Assembly (NCBI GenBank): GCA_040081625.1
Contig: JBEBGD010000057.1
Span: forward strand, 1-35,422
Source of the DNA: Chthoniobacteraceae bacterium
GTDB lineage: Bacteria > Verrucomicrobiota > Verrucomicrobiia > Chthoniobacterales > Chthoniobacteraceae
Length of the DNA: 35,422 bases
Direction of reading: 5' to 3'
Shown: one piece after another, positions 16,146-24,200 of the stretch
How positions within the stretch are numbered: position 1 is the stretch's first letter
Layout: each line of letters starts with the position of its first letter
Program-made: the position numbers and the translations under genes
Notes under the pieces: model-generated
The model's input: the letters and a program-made list of their open reading frames with translations, nothing else
Databases searched by the model: none
What the model was told of the DNA's origin: nothing

Positions 16146-17638
16146 TGCTGCGCATGTTTGAGCCGCGCGTCGTCGAGATCGAGGCGGTGGAGGATTTGGT
16201 TGTAGTCGTAGTGCGGCGTCGGCTTCGTGTTGCCGGAGAAAGTGTGGCTGTAGGTGCCCTCGAAGTAGATGAATCGTCCGCCGGCCTCGTCGAAGAACGC
16301 GTGCTGCGCGGGGTTGTAGAACGAGTAGCGGTCGTGCGTGAGGATCTTCACCGCGCGCGTCCACGGGCCGGTCGGCGCGGTGGCTTCGGAATACCAGACT
16401 TCGCCGAGGAAGGACGGCTTGCCGAATTGCTGCACGGCGATGAGCACCCAGCGCTGGCGATACTCGTTCCAGCGCACGCTGCCTTCGTGCAGCGTCACGC
16501 GCGCCTTGCCCGCGGCACCCTCGGGCGTGACGCGGCATTCCTCGGGCTTGATGAGCTTGCGCTTGAGCCATTGCGCTTCCTCCTGCGACTCGATCGGCGG
16601 CGCGTTCTTGCGCCAGGCAAAGTCGAGCGTGCCATCGGCGCGGCGCAGCGGCTCGCCGTCCTGCGCGCACGTCCACGCCTCGTAGCTCGCGGGCTCGCAC
16701 ACATCGCGGAAGCGCGCGGGCACGCGCACGCACAGGCCGGCGTCGCCGAAGTAGATGTAGTCCGTTTCCCCGTCGCGCACCGCCGTGGCGCGACCGCGCG
16801 GGTAGCGCCACTTCTCGTCGAGCGGCAGCGCTGCCGCGCGCTCGAAGATTTCCTTCTCGTCGTTGAAGACCGCGGTGCCGTGCTCGAGCTGCTTTTCCAA
16901 TCCGGCGCGACGCGAGTAGTGAGCGACGAGCCGCTCGGCGCCCGCGTCGTCGCGCACGACGCATAGCCCGAAGAGCCACACGGGGCCTTCCTTGCGCTCG
17001 AGCGGGCACATCTCCTTCGCGAAGCCGTCGGGCGCGGTGAGGTAGTGGAAGTTCACGCCTCGCTCCGGCGGGAGCCCGCCTTTGCCCGGCAGATCCGACC
17101 ACGCGCAGACGGTGCGGAAATTTCCGAGCGGATACGAGAGCCGCATCGTGTCGCCCCACAGCCAGAAGATGCGCCCGCGATACACGACGCTCTGCACCGA
17201 ATCGGAGCCGACCACGCCGCCGTTGCCCAGCGGCTCCGCGATCGGAGGCGTCCCGCCGAGCAGCACGGTGTCGCGATAGATGCCCATGCCGGTGAGCCGC
17301 ACGAGCCGCTCGGCGATGTTGCGCCGCTTGATCTTCATCGTCGTCTTGCCGCCGGGCGTGGTGGTGAAGCGCTTGCCGGTCATGCCGAAGCCGTCGGTCG
17401 GCAGATCGTAGCCGTGAACGTGCATCGAAAACCACACCGGCACGCCCATCTGCCCCGGCTCGGCGAAGGCGACGCGGCCCGCGCTGTCGGTGACGTAGCT
17501 CTGGTTGTCCATCGTCTCCATCTCCACCAGCGGCACGCCGCGACCGGTCGCTTCGTCGATCACTTCGATCTCGAACGGCTGCTCCGCCGCGGCGGCGCAA
17601 GTGAGCGCGAAGACGAGGGCGATGCGCGGGAGGTGCAT
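16142..17638 (-). CDS. Secreted hypothetical protein, probable beta-propeller glycoside hydrolase-like (DUF4185-like)
   Basis: Signal peptide MHLPRIALVFALTCAAAA from ATG 17638; N-terminal Ig-like segment 'IEVIDEATGRGVPLV..TDSAGR'; 'FWLWGDT', 'WNEYRQRWV', 'YSEATAPTGPW', 'FYNP'. Confidence 0.65.
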   Translation of the reverse strand: MHLPRIALVFALTCAAAAEQPFEIEVIDEATGRGVPLVEMETMDNQSYVTDSAGRVAFAEPGQMGVPVWFSMHVHGYDLPTDGFGMTGKRFTTTPGGKTTMKIKRRNIAERLVRLTGMGIYRDTVLLGGTPPIAEPLGNGGVVGSDSVQSVVYRGRIFWLWGDTMRLSYPLGNFRTVCAWSDLPGKGGLPPERGVNFHYLTAPDGFAKEMCPLERKEGPVWLFGLCVVRDDAGAERLVAHYSRRAGLEKQLEHGTAVFNDEKEIFERAAALPLDEKWRYPRGRATAVRDGETDYIYFGDAGLCVRVPARFRDVCEPASYEAWTCAQDGEPLRRADGTLDFAWRKNAPPIESQEEAQWLKRKLIKPEECRVTPEGAAGKARVTLHEGSVRWNEYRQRWVLIAVQQFGKPSFLGEVWYSEATAPTGPWTRAVKILTHDRYSFYNPAQHAFFDEAGGRFIYFEGTYSHTFSGNTKPTPHYDYNQILHRLDLDDARLKHAQQ

Positions 17639-17645
17639 GACCACG

Positions 17646-17697
17646 AGAGCACCGTGCCCGCTGCGCTGCGTCAATGGATGAAACGCGCGATTGACGC
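17646..17697. promoter_or_regulatory. Divergent promoter region with an 8-bp inverted repeat (back-to-back TTGACG)
   Basis: GCGTCAAT (17668-17675) N14 ATTGACGC (17690-17697). On the minus strand, TTGACG-N17-TGCTCT lies 7 nt before ATG 17638. Confidence 0.5.
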
Positions 17698-17731
17698 GGA
17701 TGGCGCCGGCAATCTCCACTCAGGTTCCCGC

Positions 17732-19006
17732 ATGAGAATCTCCCGCCGCACCTTCCTCCAAACCTCCGCCGCCGCACTCGCCGCGACCGTTCCAGCCCGA
17801 TCCGCGGACGCGAAGCGCAAGACCATCCTGCTCCAGTCCGCCTGGGACACAGTCAACATCGGCGACATCGGCCACACGCCCGGGACGCTGCACATCCTCG
17901 AGCAGCACTTGCCCGATGTGCACGTGATTCTTTGGGCCGCGAAGATCGACGAGCGCGTCGAAGCGATGCTCCGCAGGCGCTTCCCGAAAGTGGAGATCGT
18001 GCAAGGCAGCCTGACGGGAACGAAGGACGCGGATGAGCGTCTGCGGCGGGCCGTCGGACGCGCGGATTTGTTCATCCGCAATTCCGGCATGGGGCAGGAC
18101 ACGACCTTCATGGCCTACTGCAAAAAAGTCGGCAAACCCTACGCGCTTTATGGCCAGTCCTACTTCCCCAGCATGGTCGAAGGCAAAGGCGCGGACGAAC
18201 GAATCGCGTGGCTGAACGGCGCGTCATTCATCTACTGCCGCGAGAGCAAGACGCTCGACATCCTCCAGCGCGCGGGGGTGAAGACACCGGTGCTCGAGTT
18301 CGGGCCCGACGGATGTTTCGGCATCGACGTGCGCGACGACGAGCGCGGCTTCGCCTTCATGAAAATGCACGGACTGGAGGAGCGGAAGTTCATCACCATC
18401 CAGCTCCGCACCAACACCGCGAAGCTCCCCGGCGTGGACGACACGCGCACGCCGAAGCTCAACCCGCTGCATCCCACGCCGGAGCAAATCGCCGACGACG
18501 AGCGTCGCGCGGCGATGTATCGCGAGCTCATCGCGCTGTGGGTGAAGAAGACCGGCCACAAGGTGCTCATCGCGCCCGAGGTGAAAAAGGAAATGGGCCA
18601 CAACAAACGGCTGCTCTTCGATCCGCTCCCCGCGGAGCTGCAAAAGCACGTCGTGAACTGCGATGAGTTTTGGAACGCCGACGAGGCCGCGTCGGTCTTT
18701 GCGCGGGCGCACACGATCGTCTGTCACGAGCCGCATTCACCGATCATCGCGCTCGCGAACGGCACGCCGATCATCCACACCTACTCGGAATTCCACAGCC
18801 CGAAGTGCTGGATGTTCAAAGACATCGGCCTCTCGGAATGGCTGCTGGAGTTCGACTCCACGCCCGTCGCGAAAGTCGCGGAGACACTCTTCGCGATCGA
18901 CGCGGACTATCCCGCCGCGCTTGCGAAGGTGCGCAAGGCGATGGCCTTCGTGCGTGAACGGCAGGCCGCCACGATGGGTGTCGTTAAGAAAATACTCGCG
19001 TCATAA
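17732..19006 (+). CDS. Polysaccharide pyruvyl transferase-family protein with a twin-arginine (Tat) signal peptide
   Basis: 'MRISRRTFLQTSAAALAATVPARSA' Tat signal; family-type motifs 'NIGDIGH', 'LYGQS', 'YCRES', 'GPDGCF', 'HSPIIALANGTP'. Confidence 0.8.
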   Translation: MRISRRTFLQTSAAALAATVPARSADAKRKTILLQSAWDTVNIGDIGHTPGTLHILEQHLPDVHVILWAAKIDERVEAMLRRRFPKVEIVQGSLTGTKDADERLRRAVGRADLFIRNSGMGQDTTFMAYCKKVGKPYALYGQSYFPSMVEGKGADERIAWLNGASFIYCRESKTLDILQRAGVKTPVLEFGPDGCFGIDVRDDERGFAFMKMHGLEERKFITIQLRTNTAKLPGVDDTRTPKLNPLHPTPEQIADDERRAAMYRELIALWVKKTGHKVLIAPEVKKEMGHNKRLLFDPLPAELQKHVVNCDEFWNADEAASVFARAHTIVCHEPHSPIIALANGTPIIHTYSEFHSPKCWMFKDIGLSEWLLEFDSTPVAKVAETLFAIDADYPAALAKVRKAMAFVRERQAATMGVVKKILAS

Positions 19007-19012
19007 CCTCAC

Positions 19013-21289
19013 ATGAAAATCCCACTCCTCCTCCTCTGTCTCGCTCGAGTCGGTTTCGCCGCCGACCCGCTCCTCGATCTGTCGCTCGAACCTCCGGCGA
19101 TCAACACTGCTCCCGGCCCCGAATACGACGACGCCGTGCGGCCGGGGAACATGATCATCGGGATCGATCGCACGCCGAAAGGGCGGCTGTGGGCGGCGTG
19201 GGTGGGCAATGGCGATTCGCCGAACGGCTTCTTCATGCTCGCGACGAGTGACGACAACGGCGCGAAGTGGAGCAAGCCGCGTGTCGTGATCGATCCGCAA
19301 GACGGCGAGCTGAACGGCGTGCGCTACGAGCGACGCGCGCTCGTCGGGAACTTGTGGACCGATCCGCTTGGGCGGCTGTGGTGCTTTTTCGACCAGAGCC
19401 TCGGTTACTTCGATGGGCGCTGCGGCGATTGGTTCATCCGCTGTGACGATCCCGACGCGGCGGAGCCTGTGTGGACGAAGCCCGTGCGCTTCGCCGATGG
19501 CTGCACGTTGAACAAGCCGACCGTGCTGAGTAGCGGCGAGTGGCTGCTGCCGGTGTCTCTCTGGACTCGCGACCGCATGCACGGCCCCGGCGTGGACAAG
19601 GAGGCGCACAAGGATCTCGACGTAATCCGCATGGCGAACGTGTTCGCTTCGACCGATCAGGGTAAAACGTGGACGCGGCGCGGCGGCGTCGCGTTCCCGC
19701 GGACGGACTTCGACGAGCACATGATCGTCGAGCGCAAGGATGGCAGCTTGTGGATGCTTGCGCGCACGAAGGACGGCATCAGCGAGAGCGTTTCATCCGA
19801 CAAGGGCGCGACGTGGAGCGAGCCGCAGCCCTCCACGATTCAGAATCCGAGCGCGCGCTTTTTCATCCGCCGACTCGCCAGCGGAAAGCTGCTGCTCGTG
19901 AAGAACGGGCCGATCAACGTGCGGCTGCCGCGTCGCTCGAATCTTAAGGCATTTCTCTCCGACGACGACGGCAAGACGTGGGGCAAAGGGCTGCTGCTCG
20001 ATGATCGCTCCGAGGTCTCCTATCCCGACGGCTTCCAGGCGCCGGACGGCACGATCCACATCCTCTACGATTGGAATCGCCACACCGACGCGGAGATCCT
20101 GCACGTGAAGTTCAGCGAGGCGGACTTCGGCACGGACAAGAAGCTCGCGAAGGTCGTGGTGAACAAGGCGCTCGCGCCCAAGGTGCCGAAGGCGATCACG
20201 CCCGATCTGAAGTGGACCGCGCAGGCCGCGGAAGACGCGAAGCAGGACTTTAAGAGCATCCCCTACGACGGCGTGACGCCGAACAAGATGGTCTGCGACA
20301 CGACGCTGCGCGAGCTGCCGGATGGTTCGTGGATTCTTTTCATCCTCGCCGGCGGCGACACCGAGCCGAGCCCGCTGAACTACACCGGCGTCACGCGCAG
20401 TCTTGATCGCGGCAAGACGTGGACGCCACTGGAGCCGTTCGACGTGGGCTTCCCTCGCGAAGGCAAGACCGTCGGACAATGCACGACGGAAGTGATGATC
20501 ATCGGCCAGCGCGCGACGTTGTTTTTCGGCACGCACTCGAAGCACTGGGCGAACGACTGGCGCTCGTGGTTTCTCACCAGCGACGATTCGTTCAAGACGT
20601 GGAGCAAGCCGCACGAGGTGCCGGGGCGGTTGAAGGAGCGCACGTTCATCCGCAAGCACATCGTGACGAAAGACGGGCGCATCATGATTCCGTTTCAGCA
20701 CTACATCGGCCCGGACGATCAGCGCGACCGACCGCCGCTCGATCGCGACTTCACCAACCCGCGCAACGGCGTGCTCATCAGCCGCGACAACGGCAAGACG
20801 TGGAGCGAGCACGGCAACATCCGCCTCACGCCGCAGAGCCGGTATTTCGGCTGGGCGGAGAACGATCTGTTCGAGCACCCGGATGGACGCGTCACGATGG
20901 TGATCCGCGCCGACGGCCTTGGCGGCATGCTCTACAAAGCCGAGTCGAAAGACGGTGGCGTGACGTGGCCGGAGTTCGCGAGCCTCACGCCGATCCCGAA
21001 TCCCGGCAGCAAGACCACGCTCTACAACCTCGGCGGCGACACCGTCGCGATCCTGCACAATCCGAACTCGAAACACCGCAGCCCGATGGCGCTGTGGATC
21101 AGCTTCGACGGGATGAAGACGTGGCCTTACCAGCGCGTGCTCCAGCAAGAATCCGTCGATGGTCCAAAGGGACGCATGAACTACCCCGATGGCTTCGTGA
21201 GCGCGGACAAGCAATGGCTGCACTTCGCCTTCGACGACAACCGCCACCGCGCGGTCCACTACTCCGCAAAACTCCCACCAATGCCTTGA
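19013..21289 (+). CDS. Secreted tandem two-domain BNR/Asp-box (sialidase-fold) protein
   Basis: Signal peptide; nine Asp boxes (e.g. SDDNGAKW, STDQGKTW, SSDKGATW, SDDDGKTW, SLDRGKTW, SRDNGKTW, SKDGGVTW); each domain ends with a YPD motif (SYPD, NYPD). Confidence 0.85.
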   Translation: MKIPLLLLCLARVGFAADPLLDLSLEPPAINTAPGPEYDDAVRPGNMIIGIDRTPKGRLWAAWVGNGDSPNGFFMLATSDDNGAKWSKPRVVIDPQDGELNGVRYERRALVGNLWTDPLGRLWCFFDQSLGYFDGRCGDWFIRCDDPDAAEPVWTKPVRFADGCTLNKPTVLSSGEWLLPVSLWTRDRMHGPGVDKEAHKDLDVIRMANVFASTDQGKTWTRRGGVAFPRTDFDEHMIVERKDGSLWMLARTKDGISESVSSDKGATWSEPQPSTIQNPSARFFIRRLASGKLLLVKNGPINVRLPRRSNLKAFLSDDDGKTWGKGLLLDDRSEVSYPDGFQAPDGTIHILYDWNRHTDAEILHVKFSEADFGTDKKLAKVVVNKALAPKVPKAITPDLKWTAQAAEDAKQDFKSIPYDGVTPNKMVCDTTLRELPDGSWILFILAGGDTEPSPLNYTGVTRSLDRGKTWTPLEPFDVGFPREGKTVGQCTTEVMIIGQRATLFFGTHSKHWANDWRSWFLTSDDSFKTWSKPHEVPGRLKERTFIRKHIVTKDGRIMIPFQHYIGPDDQRDRPPLDRDFTNPRNGVLISRDNGKTWSEHGNIRLTPQSRYFGWAENDLFEHPDGRVTMVIRADGLGGMLYKAESKDGGVTWPEFASLTPIPNPGSKTTLYNLGGDTVAILHNPNSKHRSPMALWISFDGMKTWPYQRVLQQESVDGPKGRMNYPDGFVSADKQWLHFAFDDNRHRAVHYSAKLPPMP

Positions 21290-24200
21290 TGGACCGTCTC
21301 AATCTACTCGCGTTATGTCTCGCACCGCTCCTCACGCTCGGCGCTGAACCGACGGTCGTCCCGCAGCGCACCTGGCAGGGCATTCCAGGCCTGGAGTGCA
21401 CGGCGAAAGGTCGCGTCTTCGTCTCGTGGTTTTCCGGTGGACCGAAAGAGCCGGCGCCGGAGAACACGGTCCTACTTTGTTACAGCAACGATCAGGGCAA
21501 GACCTTTACCGAACCACAGGCGGTGGGCCTGCCGAAGGACGGCACGCGCTGCTTCGACCCGACGCTCTGGATCAATCCGAAGGGACGGCTCTGGTATATC
21601 TTCAACCGCGGCAACAAAGACACCGCGCAGCACGATGTGTGGGCGCGCATTTGCGACGACCCCGATGCGACACCACCGGTCTTCGGTCCGGAATTCCGCG
21701 TGGGCTTCGATGTGCCGTTCGCCTTCCGCATGAACAAAGTCACCGTGCTCTCATCGGGTGAGTGGATCATGCCGGTGACCTTGGCGCTGAACCCCGTTCA
21801 CGGCTGGTCCACGGGCTACAACGACCAGCAGGAGCCGACCCTCCACGGCGTCGGGATCTCTACCGATGAGGGCCGAAATTGGAAACTCCACGGCGCGGTC
21901 AAATCGCGTCCTTGGGCGCTGGAAAACATGATCACCGAACTAACGCACGGCCGCCTCTGGATGCTGATACGCACGAGCAGCGGATTCCTGTGGGAAAGCC
22001 ACTCTGCGGATAAGGGCAGGACGTGGAGCGAGGCCAGGGCCAGCACTATCGCGAATCCCGGCTCGCGCTTTTTCATCCGGCGCCTCGCGTCGGGCAAACT
22101 GCTGCTTGTCAATCACTACAAGTTTACCGGCCGCAGCCACCTCACCGCGCAGCTTTCCACCGATGACGGCGCGACGTGGAACGACGGTCTGCTGCTCGAT
22201 GACCGCAAAGGCGTGTCCTACCCCGACGGCGTGCAGGATCGCGACGGGCTCATCTGGATCACATACGACCGCGACCGGCAGGGCGCTGGCGAGATTCTGC
22301 TGGCGAAGTTCCGTGAGGAAGATGTCGCCGCCGGCACGGATGTCTCCGGCGCGGTGTCGCTGAGGCAGGTCGTAAACAAGCTCGATAAGCCAAAGCTTGT
22401 GCCCGCTGGTTGGGATCCCGCGCTGGCGGGCGACGTGGTGATGGCGCGGCTGATCAATTCCTCCGCGCCGCGCGTGAAGGGCGCGCACGATGCGGAGTTC
22501 GTCTGCGTGGGCGAGCGGGCCTACATCGTGGCGGAGGCGAATGACGTGAAGGCGGGCGAGAGCGCGGGATGGTCGTTCATCTACGCGACGATATCGGTGG
22601 TGAATTTGAAGACGCTCGCGGTGGAGAAGGTGATCGACTTCGCGCGCGGTGAGCAGCGGTTTGAGAATGAGACGCTGCCGGTCGGTGCGTGCTTCGTGCC
22701 GCGGATCATCGAGAAGGATGCGCAGACGCTGCGCTGCTACTTCACGAGTGAAGACCCGGGCAAGCGGCAGTCGCAGATGTGGTATCGCGACTTCGATCTC
22801 CGGTCGGGCGAGTTCGCGGCGACGATCCATCGCGCGAAGCTCAAGACGGCGGCGGGCACGTTCGATTTCCAACCGCAGCACTTCCACGCGGACGCGGCAG
22901 CGCAGGGTTTCGCGAAGCCAGCGGTGGATTCGTCGTTCTTCATTTTCGACTCGTTCAAGAAGTTCGACGGACGCCTTTACGTCGCGCTGAACAACTTCGG
23001 CGGAAAGCAGAACGCCCTCGCGCTGGTTCACGACGATCTTGCGACGTTCGAGGTCATCGGCCACTTCAACGAGCCGCAGGCCGAGCAGCTCAGCGAGTCC
23101 GCGATCAACCGCCTGCCGGACGGCACGTGGATGGCGATCTGCCGCAACGACAAGGGAAACTACCACTTCACCACGAGCGCGGACGGGAGGACGTGGAGCG
23201 CCGGAAAGGAGATGCCGCACATCCCAAACGGCGCGAACTCGAAGCCGACTTTCGACAAGTTCGGCGGCGTCTATTTCCTCGGCTGGCAGGACGCCACGCG
23301 CATCCAAGGTGTGGGCCGCAGCGTGTTCAACATCGACACTTCACGCGACGGCAAAACGTGGGAGCGCAAGTATCGCTTCGAGTCGCCGAAGTCGTTTCAA
23401 TATCCGACGTTTCACGAGCACGAGGGCGCGATCTGGCTGTGCGTGACGCAGGGAGACACGTCGTCGAGCCGCAAGGAGCGCATCATGTTTGGCAAGCTGG
23501 AGGACGTGGGCCGGTTCGAGTCGCTCGCCGGCAAAACCCGCACGCCGCTTCCTCCCCCGCCTCCGCCGGAGACCGCGGTGATGCAGCCGGGCGTGAAGCT
23601 TTTCACCGACCGCGAGTATGTGATCGACGAGTTGCCCGCACAGGTGCGCGGGCTGCCGTTTCTGCGCACGAGCATCGAGAGACTCCACGCCGAGTGCGCG
23701 AAAGCGGGCACGCTCTACGCGGTCACACCGACCGCGCGGCCGAAGGCCGCGAGCCAGGAGGCAGCGCTGCTGCGCGCGGGCTTCACGAAGGTGGATGTGC
23801 CGGAGGTGCAGCTCTTCCCCGGCGAGATCAATCGCGTGAGCCTCTACCGCAAGGACGTGAAAGCCGGCGAGCGGCTGCGCTTTTCCAAGATGGTGCTGTT
23901 CATCATGGGTCCGGGCGCTGAGGTGAAAATCCACGTGCCCACGCCGCCGAAACCGTGGAGCGAGAATCGCGGCGAGAAGCTCTACAACGGCATCGTGCTG
24001 CCGGAAGCGTGGCCGCCGGAACACTTCGATCCCGCGTCGGTCGAGCCGATGCCCGTGCCGTATGTGCAGCATCCGCCGAAGGTCATCCCGATCGATGTCG
24101 GGCGGCAGTTGTTCGTCGATGACTTCCTCATCGAGAGCACCACGCTCACGCGCACGTTCCATCGCGCGGAGAAGTTCGAGGGCAATCCCGTCTTCAAAGC

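Noticed and set aside
17045..17731. N-terminal extension of the pyruvyl-transferase ORF to 653 aa
   Set aside because: It overlaps the divergent gene; the Tat signal begins at ATG 17732.
20419..21288. 290-aa N-terminal extension making the giant hydrolase 1714 aa
   Set aside because: It overlaps the upstream gene out of frame and is low-complexity and Arg-rich. ATG 21289 gives a signal peptide and a TGATG coupling.
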